DNA of 64,000 bases, from contig JBBTSX010000005.1 of NCBI GenBank assembly GCA_038064535.1, forward strand, positions 13,051 to 77,050, written 5' to 3'. Both the position numbers and the translations under genes were made by a program. Source of the DNA: Patescibacteria group bacterium (lineage in GTDB: Bacteria; Patescibacteriota; Minisyncoccia; Phycocordibacterales; UBA2100). The notes under the pieces were generated by a model. The model was not told the DNA's origin. It did no database searches and saw only the letters and a list, made by a program, of their open reading frames with translations. Positions 28,910 through 39,136 of the stretch are shown here, in pieces. Numbering within the stretch: the stretch's first letter is position 1; each line of letters starts with the position of its first letter.

Positions 28910-29048
28910 TGTTTCGTTCAAACCTCTTGCGCTATGGTATGTCGGGCACGCCACCACCGCAAGACTTAGAGCAATGGTTTTTGTGTTGCGGGCGAGTCAG
29001 CGCCGAGGTGCTCGTAGGATTTCTTTGTCGCGGACGCGCGGAGCGCGT

Positions 29049-29435
29049 TTACTGCACAGCCTCGGGTGTCTTCAGGGAGTTCATATAGAGAACGGTCGCG
29101 GCGGGTGTGAGCGCGACGACCGCGTACTCTATCCACACATACGACGTGAGGAATGCGGCGAAGCCGGCGGCAGGGACGACATAGACGGCGTCGAGCGCCA
29201 TATGTAGTATCGCCCACCCGAGTCCCGCGAGGATTGCGAATTGTAGAGAACCAATCGGGAACATGCGCGTCGCAATTGTCATTGCGAGCGCGGTCACCGC
29301 GTAGCTCACAATCTGCGCACCCAAGCCGTAGCTCATACCGTATGCTGCGAGCAATGACCACAACATGAAGATGGTGGCGTAGGTCAGGAAGCCGTACAAT
29401 AGAAAGCGAGTATAAGGAAAACCCTGCATATGCAA
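29049..29435 (-). CDS. Small 4-TM membrane protein, paralog A
   Basis: Hydrophobic; clearly homologous to 31702-32103 (YATIFMLWSL..AQIVSYAVTAL..ALD..VVP). Confidence 0.8.
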   Translation of the reverse strand: MHMQGFPYTRFLLYGFLTYATIFMLWSLLAAYGMSYGLGAQIVSYAVTALAMTIATRMFPIGSLQFAILAGLGWAILHMALDAVYVVPAAGFAAFLTSYVWIEYAVVALTPAATVLYMNSLKTPEAVQ

Positions 29436-29459
29436 ATTCTACCATCCAATCAGTAGCAT

Positions 29460-31709
29460 ATGTCATTTCAAGAAGCTTCACGTTGGGTACTTGTCGCCGT
29501 TTTCCTTGTGGCGGGACAGTGGGCGTTCTCTTTTCCCGTCCGGCAACAGCAGGCCGCATTTCTGGCGCAAGCGGCGACTCCGGTGGTTTGTCAGAGTAAG
29601 ACAAAGGCGCCAAGTGTTGAAGAAGAGTGCAGGCCGGGTTGCGAGTACTTCGTGCGGCCGAGCTACTCCAAGCAGGGGTCCGTGGATGTCATCGCATCCG
29701 TCTCGGACCCCACGGGCAAACTGCCCGGCATCGTGAAGTACAAAGACGGCAAAGGCACCGTCATCATGCTGTGCAACGGGACGGTGGGAAAGTCGCTCGA
29801 CAATCACGCGGGAGTTCTACAGTCGGGAGCACCTCTTCAGCCACAGGGACAGGAAATCACGACACTTCTAACGGGAGTGCCAACCCCCGCATCCGGTTAT
29901 TCCGGAGTCAGCGAGGCCTTTTCGGTCTCGGGTGGATATACGCCGACTCCGCTTGAGCACCGCGAATCAGTTCCGAGTGATTTCTTCGGCGCAGGGTCTT
30001 CGGGCTCGCTCGGAGCCGCGCCCAACCCCGCCGTGAGTTTCGACGGCTATCTCGGGGGGAACTACTGCCTCGGGCAGTTTTGTCCTGTAGAAGGAGAGGG
30101 CGTGCAACGGAATTTTGATGCGCTACCGAATGACGGAAACCCGAATACGAACCCTTTCGGAAACATCGCGGAAATGAACTCCGCTCGCGTTCCGCAAAAT
30201 GTCGGCATAGAGAACGCGCTAATCGCGGACAGGGCGCGTCTGAACATGTCCACAGACGTGCGGATGAATTCCGCCGTAGAGCAGTGGAGCGGTTTCGAGC
30301 GGAGTGGACAATTGGATCGGCCACAGTATGAGGGCGTCGATGGTGAGCGCACGGTCGCTCAGTCAATCAATGCGGCCGTCCGCGACTATGCGCAACAGGA
30401 TGTCGGCTACGCCGTAGCGCAGGTGACCGGAGAAACCGCCGCGGGCGAGCCGGGTGTGTTAGTTTCGTACACGAAGGACGGAGTGCTCGCGCGCGACCCG
30501 TACGACGGCTCGCTTCTGTTCGCTCACACCAAAGAGCAATTGCCGGTTCTCTACACGGCAGAGGGTGAGGCGGTGCCGACGTCGAATCAGTCCGGAGAGT
30601 GGTTGGGGGTGATGAAGGAGAGGATTCAGACTCCGGCGGAGTTGCGGGAATTTGAGAGGGCATATACCGGAACCTATTCGGCGGTATTTACGCCCGCCGA
30701 TATCAAGGTTCCCGGATTGAACCTCAATATGTTACCGGATGATGTGAGGAACAGACTCGATAGTTATGCGAGATGGGACGGCAACGGTCCGGAGTCGATG
30801 GGCGCATCAAACGATGTGATTATACGCAGCTTGAGCGGAGAGGAGAAGTTACGAATATCAGATGACGTATTTCGGGCTATCCAAACACACGAGAACGAGG
30901 TTTACGGCATCGACGCGACCGCGAGTCGTATCGAGCGCGACACGCAAGGGAAAATGAATCTCAACATCTCCGGCCTTCCGCAAGAGACAAGTGCCGGGGG
31001 CGCGCTTGCTCCAGCGTACGCGCTCGTGCCACTGCCCGGCGAGTTACGGGCGTGGACGGCAAGCGCTATTGAAACCGAACTGGGCAAATACCCGCCGGAG
31101 TATTGGGAGAATGCGAACAAGGGTGCCCTATACGACTTTATGCCGCGCCCTGATATGCAGGGTGTTGTGCGGGAGGGCGGACATGCGACCGCTCCCGGGG
31201 ATCCCAAGGCGCATATGTATATCAATGGCTTGAATAGCGCCGCCGGTATTGCAGTAATCCTTAATCACGAACTCTCCCACTACAACGATAACAAGACTTT
31301 TGTGTCGGACAGCACATTCGGAACTGTAGTATACGGGTCATCGTACGGAATGTCGTATGCGGGCTCCAGCGGGTACGAAGCCATCACGTCGGGGAAGTTT
31401 GACATAGGACGACCCGATGGGTTCGCGGACAGTTACGGCTACCGCGGCGGCGTGCAGGAAGACAAAGCGAGCATCGTGGAAGCGATGTTCACCAATTATT
31501 CTGTCGTTCGAGAAGCGATGCTGACGGACCCGATTCTCGCCCAGAAGGTACAGATTCTCCAAAGCGGATTTGAAAAAAGCACGAACGGCGTCATGAATGA
31601 GGCCTACTGGCAGAATCTAAAACCGATTGACCCGTGGTACCGCCTGTCTCCCGCGGTGTCGAGACCGAATTTCTTCCGGACATTGCTATCGAAACTTTGG
31701 TTCAAATAG
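29460..31709 (+). CDS. Large secreted protein with C-terminal zincin-like (HExxH) domain, paralog A
   Basis: Signal/TM N-terminus; LNHELSHY..FADSYG..QEDKAS. Confidence 0.75.
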   Translation: MSFQEASRWVLVAVFLVAGQWAFSFPVRQQQAAFLAQAATPVVCQSKTKAPSVEEECRPGCEYFVRPSYSKQGSVDVIASVSDPTGKLPGIVKYKDGKGTVIMLCNGTVGKSLDNHAGVLQSGAPLQPQGQEITTLLTGVPTPASGYSGVSEAFSVSGGYTPTPLEHRESVPSDFFGAGSSGSLGAAPNPAVSFDGYLGGNYCLGQFCPVEGEGVQRNFDALPNDGNPNTNPFGNIAEMNSARVPQNVGIENALIADRARLNMSTDVRMNSAVEQWSGFERSGQLDRPQYEGVDGERTVAQSINAAVRDYAQQDVGYAVAQVTGETAAGEPGVLVSYTKDGVLARDPYDGSLLFAHTKEQLPVLYTAEGEAVPTSNQSGEWLGVMKERIQTPAELREFERAYTGTYSAVFTPADIKVPGLNLNMLPDDVRNRLDSYARWDGNGPESMGASNDVIIRSLSGEEKLRISDDVFRAIQTHENEVYGIDATASRIERDTQGKMNLNISGLPQETSAGGALAPAYALVPLPGELRAWTASAIETELGKYPPEYWENANKGALYDFMPRPDMQGVVREGGHATAPGDPKAHMYINGLNSAAGIAVILNHELSHYNDNKTFVSDSTFGTVVYGSSYGMSYAGSSGYEAITSGKFDIGRPDGFADSYGYRGGVQEDKASIVEAMFTNYSVVREAMLTDPILAQKVQILQSGFEKSTNGVMNEAYWQNLKPIDPWYRLSPAVSRPNFFRTLLSKLWFK

Positions 31710-32103
31710 TATTCTGCTGAGTGCCGGCGGCTCCTCTTTGCACGAGCATGCCCGCTATCGCCGCCACGATTATAGGTATAAGGAGAATGACACCGTAGCT
31801 GATGAGATTGAATGATGTGCCCAATGACTCTATTCCGGCAACGGGGACGACGAGCACAACGTCGAGCGCGATATATATGAGAGCCCAGATAGCGCCGTAC
31901 ACCCATGCGTTTGCATTTGTCGCGTCGACAAATCTCGTCGCGAAGAATGTCATGAGCGCGGTTACCGCGTAGCTCGCGAGTTGTGCCTGTATCCCGTACA
32001 CAAAATCGTACGTCGTCATCAGAGACCACAACATAAACACCGTCGCGTAGATGAAAAATCCGGCAGCTGTTAAATATCGGTAGTTGACCTGCATACCATC
32101 CAA
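31702..32103 (-). CDS. Small 4-TM membrane protein, paralog B
   Basis: Homologous to 29049-29435. Confidence 0.8.
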   Translation of the reverse strand: MDGMQVNYRYLTAAGFFIYATVFMLWSLMTTYDFVYGIQAQLASYAVTALMTFFATRFVDATNANAWVYGAIWALIYIALDVVLVVPVAGIESLGTSFNLISYGVILLIPIIVAAIAGMLVQRGAAGTQQNTI

Positions 32104-32117
32104 TATACCATTGCCTC

Positions 32118-34478
32118 ATGAAGCGCAATGCGAATGGAAGAACATCCGCTTTTGTTCTAGTCGCCGTCGCGTTGTCTCTCGGCACGGGGGCGACCCTCTT
32201 TGTTGGCGAGGCATCACGACTCTCCGGATTCGACGGACTCCAGCTGGTCGCACAGGCGGCCGCATCCGCGGAACCCTCGAGTACGATTACGAAGGATGTT
32301 TTGAAGCACCCGTGTGAGAGCGGATATCTCTACGAAATCCTTACCGCACCGGCGGGCTCCAAGGAACCGTTCTCAATAAAAAAGTCGCCGAATCCAAACG
32401 ATCCCGAAAAACGGTGGTCCGGAGTCGTGAAATTCAGGAAACCGGCGAGAACCGCGGGAGGGAAAGCGACAATTACGACCATGTCGTGTTCCGGCGGAGC
32501 CGCCGCGTCCATGCTCACGCTGATGAAAGAAACTTCATCTTACGGAGGCGGGGTGGCGTTGTCCTATACCGATTTTGCCGTCAACACGCCGCTCGACCCG
32601 CGGAATACCGACCAGCTGACCTCCGCGTTTACGCCTCCGGCCAACAACACGAATACGGCGGTCGCGCCCGCCGGCAATCTCGACAAGACTCCGCCCGTCG
32701 TGGGGGAGATGCCGGCGGGCGCGACCGCACCTCCGGCAAATCGTGAACTGTATGAAGAAAACAATCAGGGCACAATCGCTCCTCCCGCAAAGAATTCCTC
32801 CGGACGGACGTCATCCGAGTGTCCTACGTGCGGAGTCGAGTTAAGAAGTTCACCGAGTTCCCCCGCCGCGCCCCCGGCCGGTTCGCCCACTCCGGAATAT
32901 ATAACCAATCTCAATAACCGCGTTTCGAGTGTCGCGACCGCCGCTCTCGAGAAACATCCGGACGTGGCGGCATTTGGCGGTGCGGATGTCGTCAAGGCGT
33001 GCGTCGCCGCACAAAATTGCGATGAGGTGGTACCGAAGACGAAGGGAATTGAATCGTTCTTCAAGACAGAAAACGACGCCAACGAAAAATATTCAAAAAT
33101 CGTATCGGATACCACGTATGCGGCAATCAAGGCGCAACCCGGGCTCGGTTCTGTCGACCGCCCGAATCAGGAAATTGCGCGGGCGTTGAGCATGATAAAT
33201 CTGGAGAGCGGTAGCTCGTGGCGCGGCGGGAGCAATGAGAACTGGGGACGAACCACGTTTAATCTGAACGACGCGGATAACCCGGCGTTCATGTGGACCG
33301 ACAAGATGCAAGCTACGAACAGAACCCCCTCCGACATTGTCGTGTACAAAGGCGACGGTTCCAGTGTGAGCGTGCGGGCGAACGGCGAGCTGGTAAACCC
33401 GGGCGGATTCGTCTCACAGGTGGAGGACAGGATTACTACGGAGAAGACGTACAATGAGTTTTTCTCGGCGATGGTCGGGGCCAACAAATCCGCCGCCGAT
33501 AAGGCCAACTTCACGTTGGAAGATTCTTCGCTCCCTGCCGGCGAGAGGACCGTAAAGGTGGTGAACGATACCCGCGTTCAGTTGGCGACTCTCCCGGAGA
33601 AGGCCTATGGGGCACTGCAGGGGTGGGGCGATAGGGTATACGAAAACAACTTCCAGGACGAAATAAAGAAGGCGACGGAGGGCAAACTGTCGTTTGTTCC
33701 ATCTGGCGCCTTTCCCAAAGACGTCAATATTGACTTCAGGTTTGCGCCCGCGGGGGCCCTCTCGCCACTGACGCCGGACCAGCGGTATGAAAAACAGGAA
33801 GCATTACTGGCGGCGGTCCAACGGTATACGCCGGAGTATTGGGCAAACCTTCGCGAACCCGCAATACTCGCCGATTTCGGTACGATTCCCGGTAATGCAC
33901 AGGTCAAAGCGGGGGCATATACGGGTCTCGGGACCGGCAACATGCGCATGTGGATCAACGGTAACTACCCGACGGACTGGCTGAATGCTTCCTTTGATCA
34001 CGAGACTCTGCATCTCGTGGAAGGACCGAGCGGAAGCCGTTTCTATCCGTCGGACAGGGAGTGGGGAACAACAATGTTTGGTGAACAGTACGGAAGAGTG
34101 TACACAGCGGAGTCGGGGGTGGACTCCATGGCCGCGGGAGGGACGACGGGTTCCTCCGACTGTTCGCAGTTCAACCGGCCGGAGGGGTTCCCCACATGCT
34201 ACGCCTATAAGGGCGGTCCGACCGAGCATAAGGCGGACATGCAAAAATTTGTGATGGGCAATTATGCGCTTGCCCAGCAGGAGGCCCAGAGGAATCCGAC
34301 CTTCAAAAAGGCTTTCGATCTCATGGTGCAAAGTCTCTACAAGGCGTCGAACGGCACGATGACCGTCGAGTACCTGGCGTCTCTTCCCCCGACGCTTCCT
34401 GCCTCGGAGCTCAGACCGGTTAATATTCCGCTGACCATGAGGATCGACATGATTCTCAGGTCGCTCGGTCGCCGGTAG
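32118..34478 (+). CDS. Large secreted protein with C-terminal zincin-like (HExxH) domain, paralog B
   Basis: FDHETLHL..RPEGFPTCYAYKGGPTEHKAD; shares Y.PEYW and SNGTM/TNGVM with paralog A. Confidence 0.75.
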   Translation: MKRNANGRTSAFVLVAVALSLGTGATLFVGEASRLSGFDGLQLVAQAAASAEPSSTITKDVLKHPCESGYLYEILTAPAGSKEPFSIKKSPNPNDPEKRWSGVVKFRKPARTAGGKATITTMSCSGGAAASMLTLMKETSSYGGGVALSYTDFAVNTPLDPRNTDQLTSAFTPPANNTNTAVAPAGNLDKTPPVVGEMPAGATAPPANRELYEENNQGTIAPPAKNSSGRTSSECPTCGVELRSSPSSPAAPPAGSPTPEYITNLNNRVSSVATAALEKHPDVAAFGGADVVKACVAAQNCDEVVPKTKGIESFFKTENDANEKYSKIVSDTTYAAIKAQPGLGSVDRPNQEIARALSMINLESGSSWRGGSNENWGRTTFNLNDADNPAFMWTDKMQATNRTPSDIVVYKGDGSSVSVRANGELVNPGGFVSQVEDRITTEKTYNEFFSAMVGANKSAADKANFTLEDSSLPAGERTVKVVNDTRVQLATLPEKAYGALQGWGDRVYENNFQDEIKKATEGKLSFVPSGAFPKDVNIDFRFAPAGALSPLTPDQRYEKQEALLAAVQRYTPEYWANLREPAILADFGTIPGNAQVKAGAYTGLGTGNMRMWINGNYPTDWLNASFDHETLHLVEGPSGSRFYPSDREWGTTMFGEQYGRVYTAESGVDSMAAGGTTGSSDCSQFNRPEGFPTCYAYKGGPTEHKADMQKFVMGNYALAQQEAQRNPTFKKAFDLMVQSLYKASNGTMTVEYLASLPPTLPASELRPVNIPLTMRIDMILRSLGRR

Positions 34479-34551
34479 CTGTTGAGAGATAAGGAACATT
34501 GATATGCAAACGATCCGTCAACCATTCTCCTCGCGCGGTATGATACTCAAC

Positions 34552-37056
34552 ATGACCCGCTCGCAGGCAGTCGGAGGGCTGCTCGTATTCGTAGCGATGT
34601 TCATGTTTGCCGGCGTTACCGACGCAGCCACGACCCCGCCCGACAACTCCAACACCTGTCCTGCATTCGGTAAGACGGGCAAAGGTGCGGAGAAACGCCC
34701 GTGCCGTCCGGGGAGCACGCACAAGGTGGCGTTCGGTGTCGGAGGAAAATATACGCCCGCGGTGGGTGTGAAATCGAGATGTCTCAGCGCAGAACAGGAG
34801 GCACAGTACATCAAGGAACACGGAGCGAGATGTACTGTGGAGTACTGCACACCGGCTCAAGACGGCAAAGAGAAGTGCACAAAGAAAACAGTCAAGATTG
34901 ACCTCAACAAACCGGACCCATACGGCGGAGTCTCCCCGTTCTCGCAACAAGCACAGGCCGACAGCACGCGGTTGGCCGCATACTCGGCGATGAACGATAC
35001 GGCCGCCGCGTACCGCGCGGGCGATACGGCAAAGGTTCAGGAGATTGCAAATCAGACAAAGGCCAATCCCGAGGTCAGCGCCCTCATCAACAGCGCGTTT
35101 TCAAACATCAAAACTACCACTGCGGGAGGTGCCCCCGTCGCTCTCAGCGACCAGGACAAACTCAACGCCGTTATTGCGAGTCTCGACCCGGAGCAGCCCA
35201 CCGTTGCTCAACAGCCCAAAAAAGACGTGGTGACTCCAAAGAGTGAAACCATTGCAGTCGACGTGACATTCGAAAAGCCCCCAAAAGAAACCGCAAACAT
35301 TCCGTGTCCCGCCGGTACACCCTGTGATGCGCCGGCGAAGACCACGGGTCCCGCATCCACCTTCCAGCCCGCCACTGAAGCGAACAAGAAAACGACGACA
35401 CAACCGGCTCAGCAAACGTCGTGGTGGAACACGGCCACCAACAAAGTGAGCGACTATCTTCCCGCTTCCGTGAACCGCTGGCTTGGTCTCGCCAATGCTC
35501 CGACGTTCCGGCCGTACGACCCCCAGACCGACGTGCCGCTTCTGGTGAAGGAAAGCGACTCGGCGTCTTTGAAAGACAAACCACATCTGGACCCATTCGA
35601 CACTGGGAGTCCCATTGTGCTCATGAACAAAGATGTAAGTGTCAGCGGTGGCGAAACTGCATTGCAAGCGATGACAAAGAGACAATCACAAGCTGTGCAG
35701 ACTGCGGACTTTGACCCGGACACGCCGGTCCCTTCCGGCGGCATTGTGGTCACGCCGCTTAGTGCAAACGGCACACCCGATATTGCCGCGTCAAAGGTGA
35801 TGGAAGTGGGAACGTGGAGAGATTTCCTCAACGAGGTGGGGAGCAACCGTGACTACGAGAAAACAGTTATATCGGTGAATATACCGGCTTCGGAGAAGAA
35901 GGCGGAGGCTCCCGCGGGGGTGGACGTCGTGACGACACCGTTCAATGATTTGCCGGCATCAGTGAAGGAAGTGTTTAAGAAACAAGATGAATTAAACAAA
36001 AGTACGATAGTGCCGCCGAGAGTGGCGGATAACCCGCCGCCGCCCGGTAAAGAAATACCGGTAACAGAAGCCGCCCCAGCGGGAAATCCGCAGGATAAAG
36101 ATGAGCCGGTGCCGCCGGCTCAACAACCGCCCACGCCAACCGTTGAACAACCAACGCCACCCACGCCCACGCCGCTTCCTCCCGTCCCCCCGGAGGTGTC
36201 CACGGAAGAACCTACTCCTCCGAAAGAACCGCCAAAGACCGAAGAGCCGAAGCCGGTGGAAGAAAAACCGGTTCAGCCGCCTATACCTATCCTCTCGTCG
36301 CCGACAAAATTAGCGGAATCCGTGCCCACGCCACTACCCGAACCGGAGCTGAAGGACAAACTCCCCACAACCGAAGAGCCGAAGAAAGAAAAACTCCCTA
36401 CGTCCGAACCGGCCGTTCAACCGACGCCGGAAACGCCTGACGACTGCAAGGGTAATATCGACTGCAGGCTCAATGCCCTCAAACAATGGGTGAAGGATTT
36501 GGATAGCCCAAAAGAGCCTCCGAAAGAATCTTCAGTGACCGCCCCGCCATCAGCATCGTCGCTAAACGACATTTTCAATCCATATCCCAAGCGACTTTTC
36601 GGCGAGTCCAATGAAGACTTTGACAAGAGGGTTGACGCATGGAGAGAGCGCTCGAACAGTCAGTCGTTAGAGAGTTTTATAAACAGCCGTGGCGGCCGAG
36701 TGGGTCAATGCGAAAGCTGTCACAATCCCCAGATGGGTGGCGGTGCCGGTCCGCAGACAGACTATGACGGTGTCGGAATCAGAATACAGTACGAAAGAAA
36801 AGAATTTGACGGGAAGGTTTCCCCCGGGGGAATGGTTCTCAGTGTATTCCCTAATACTCCGGCGGAGCGGGCGGGACTGCGGGCGGGCGACTTCTTGTTG
36901 AGTCTTGATAGAGGACGTACGTCTATGATCTCCGGATTTAGGGGGACCCCCGGCACGGCAATCGAAGTCAGGTATATACCGCAGGGCTCGACGGTACAGA
37001 GGACCATAACGGTTAAACGGGCAACCATCCAATGCAGTATCTACGGTTGCCCCTAA
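34552..37056 (+). CDS. Secreted Pro-rich stalk protein with C-terminal PDZ domain
   Basis: Signal peptide, Cys-rich N-domain, P/E/K/T-rich linker, GVGIRI..VLSVFPNTPAERAGLRAGD PDZ signature; start could be 34504. Confidence 0.8.
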   Translation: MTRSQAVGGLLVFVAMFMFAGVTDAATTPPDNSNTCPAFGKTGKGAEKRPCRPGSTHKVAFGVGGKYTPAVGVKSRCLSAEQEAQYIKEHGARCTVEYCTPAQDGKEKCTKKTVKIDLNKPDPYGGVSPFSQQAQADSTRLAAYSAMNDTAAAYRAGDTAKVQEIANQTKANPEVSALINSAFSNIKTTTAGGAPVALSDQDKLNAVIASLDPEQPTVAQQPKKDVVTPKSETIAVDVTFEKPPKETANIPCPAGTPCDAPAKTTGPASTFQPATEANKKTTTQPAQQTSWWNTATNKVSDYLPASVNRWLGLANAPTFRPYDPQTDVPLLVKESDSASLKDKPHLDPFDTGSPIVLMNKDVSVSGGETALQAMTKRQSQAVQTADFDPDTPVPSGGIVVTPLSANGTPDIAASKVMEVGTWRDFLNEVGSNRDYEKTVISVNIPASEKKAEAPAGVDVVTTPFNDLPASVKEVFKKQDELNKSTIVPPRVADNPPPPGKEIPVTEAAPAGNPQDKDEPVPPAQQPPTPTVEQPTPPTPTPLPPVPPEVSTEEPTPPKEPPKTEEPKPVEEKPVQPPIPILSSPTKLAESVPTPLPEPELKDKLPTTEEPKKEKLPTSEPAVQPTPETPDDCKGNIDCRLNALKQWVKDLDSPKEPPKESSVTAPPSASSLNDIFNPYPKRLFGESNEDFDKRVDAWRERSNSQSLESFINSRGGRVGQCESCHNPQMGGGAGPQTDYDGVGIRIQYERKEFDGKVSPGGMVLSVFPNTPAERAGLRAGDFLLSLDRGRTSMISGFRGTPGTAIEVRYIPQGSTVQRTITVKRATIQCSIYGCP

Positions 37057-37088
37057 GGACTGGTATCAGCCAGCGTACGACGCGAGTA

Positions 37089-38099
37089 TCATAGTAATGA
37101 CGACTCCGATGGTGTAGTGATACCCAAATGCTCGTATGCTTTCGTCGTTGCTGTACGACCTCTTGGAGTCCTCTCCAGCAATCCGTTTTGCATCAGGTAC
37201 GGCTCGTTCACTTCTTCTATCGTTGCTTCTTCTTCCGAGAGCGCGGCCGCAATCGTTTTCAGGCCCACGGGGCCGCCGCCGAATTTCTCGATGATGACGG
37301 TGAGAATGTCGCGGTCCGTCTGGTTGAGTCCGCCCTCATCTATTTCGAGAAGTGCGAGCGCTTTTTTCACCGTCTTGAGGTCGAGATCCTCTTCATTCAC
37401 CGACGCAAAATCGCGCGCACGCTTCAGCAGATAGTTCGCGGTGCGCGGCGTCGAGCGCGAGCGGTGCGAGATTTCCATCAGCGAATCCGCGTCAATGACG
37501 ATGTTCAGTATTTTTGCCGAGCGGCGGAGGATTTCGGCGATTTCCGCGTCGGTGTAGTACTGCAGGCGGAACGTGCCGCCGGAAAAACGCGAGCGGAGTG
37601 GTGCGCTAAGCATCGAAATTCTTGTTGTTGCAGAAATCAGGGTGAACGGAGGGAGCTCTAATTGCACGGTGCGCGCGGCAGGACCTTTGCCTATCACAAT
37701 ATCGAGCACACCCGCTTCCATCGCGGGGTAGAGGACTTCTTCAATCGTGTGATTGAGGCGGTGGATTTCATCTATAAATAGAACATCACCCGGCGAGAGG
37801 TTGGTCAGTATCGAGGCGAGGTCGCCAACGCGCTCGATGGCGGGGCCGGAAGTGCTGCGCAAATTTGCGCCGAGTTCTTTGGCGATGAGGTGCGCGAGCG
37901 TGGTCTTGCCCAAGCCGGGCGGCCCGTAGAGGAGGACGTGCTCGGGCTGATGATTGCGGCCCTTGGCTGCCGTGAGAAGGATGCGGAGGTTTTCTTTGAT
38001 ACCCTCCTGACCCACGTATTCAGCCCACGAAACAGGGCGAAGCGCCTGGTCGAGGGAACGGGGAGACTTTTCTATTGAATTTTCGGCTTGCTTGGTCAT
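37089..38099 (-). CDS. ruvB: Holliday junction helicase RuvB
   Basis: [31 protein letters not shown]. Confidence 0.98.
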   Translation of the reverse strand: MTKQAENSIEKSPRSLDQALRPVSWAEYVGQEGIKENLRILLTAAKGRNHQPEHVLLYGPPGLGKTTLAHLIAKELGANLRSTSGPAIERVGDLASILTNLSPGDVLFIDEIHRLNHTIEEVLYPAMEAGVLDIVIGKGPAARTVQLELPPFTLISATTRISMLSAPLRSRFSGGTFRLQYYTDAEIAEILRRSAKILNIVIDADSLMEISHRSRSTPRTANYLLKRARDFASVNEEDLDLKTVKKALALLEIDEGGLNQTDRDILTVIIEKFGGGPVGLKTIAAALSEEEATIEEVNEPYLMQNGLLERTPRGRTATTKAYEHLGITTPSESSLL

Positions 38100-38186
38100 A
38101 ATTTCGGCTCCTTAGCTCATTATTATGAGGCAAGAAGGCGGATACTTGTCCCGTTAGATGGCTTGAAATAAGCCTATCTAATGGGA

Positions 38187-38214
38187 TTGACAAATGGCTC
38201 TAATATGCTATACT
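38187..38214 (+). promoter_or_regulatory. Sigma70-type promoter
   Basis: TTGACA, 16 bp, TATACT with an extended -10 TG. Confidence 0.7.
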
Positions 38215-38220
38215 TCACGC

Positions 38221-38412
38221 CAGTCCTCCATAGCTTTAGCGACGGAGGATTTCTGTTTTCTCCTGCTTCGCCGAAGGCTTCGCAGGACTCCGGAGACGCA
38301 CAGCTTTGGGCAATGGTGATTTTTCCGAGGACGCGGAGGTTTCGGCTCCCGCTATCCTTAGGTCCTTATCGCAACATTCTCCCGAATGCATTGCCCAAAC
38401 TTGTGCATCTCC
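38221..38412 (+). ncRNA. Candidate structured ncRNA (two short hairpins plus a long rod)
   Basis: Follows the promoter with no credible ORF; 24-bp imperfect stem 38292-38315/38389-38412 with an inner hairpin. Confidence 0.45.
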
Positions 38413-38432
38413 ATCTGATTTGAACCATAGCA

Positions 38433-38531
38433 CCCCGTTAGAAAATGCAAAGCGCGTTCTTGATTAGGACGCGCTTTGTTCGCATTGGCAAATTATCGGC
38501 CTGTTGTCGTTCACACTAATTTCTAACGGGG
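38433..38531. mobile_element. CCCCGTTAGAA element, copy 5 (intergenic)
   Basis: CCCCGTTAGAAA/TTTCTAACGGGG arms; no clear target duplication. Degenerate relatives at 38149-38186 and 38566-38596. Confidence 0.75.
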
Positions 38532-38665
38532 CGAGCCCGATAGCAGGCGCAAGGGGCTTTGCCTGCCCCGTTGGAAGCGAAGCTTTCCAACCGGGGTGGT
38601 CTAGAAATAAATGAATCTGGCGCCGGCAGAATTGCCGGCGCCGTGTTGTATGAGTACGTGCGCAC

Positions 38666-39070
38666 TCAGTGTTTCTTTTCGAGACGCGTGAGCGTGTCGT
38701 TGACGACTTTCAATGCCACGAGGCGAGTCGGTTCCGACGCCATGCCGGTGACGCCCTCGAAAACTGCCTTCAGGTTTAGCACTCCGGTCAGCCCGAAGTA
38801 TTTCCCGATGGTGAGGCGCACTTCCGGTTCGACAAAGTCCTTGACCATAGTTTCGCTGACCTTGAACAGGTCGCCGAGTTCCGCGGCCCAAGTGTCGTAG
38901 CTGCCGACGCTTCCTTCATTCAGCCTGTTGCGTAACGTGCGAAGAATATTGACCGTCAGCAACCGATGCGCGTCCTGAAAACTTGGCTCCGGTACAACAC
39001 ATGCAGGATTCGCGGGCTTTTTCGGCTCTTGGCGTGATGGTTTGGTCGGGCGTTTCGCTTCCTTCGCCAT
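38666..39070 (-). CDS. Hypothetical protein
   Basis: ORF MAKEAKRP.. with a GGGAGGG RBS-like sequence. Confidence 0.55.
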   Translation of the reverse strand: MAKEAKRPTKPSRQEPKKPANPACVVPEPSFQDAHRLLTVNILRTLRNRLNEGSVGSYDTWAAELGDLFKVSETMVKDFVEPEVRLTIGKYFGLTGVLNLKAVFEGVTGMASEPTRLVALKVVNDTLTRLEKKH

Positions 39071-39136
39071 TGAGGGGTCCCTCCCGTTGGCTTCAACTTC
39101 GCACGTAGTACCACGCGGGGAACAATTGCGCAAAGA

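Noticed and set aside
29865-29875. Single CTTCTAACGGG arm inside a CDS
   Set aside because: No partner arm or target duplication; could be chance or an old remnant.
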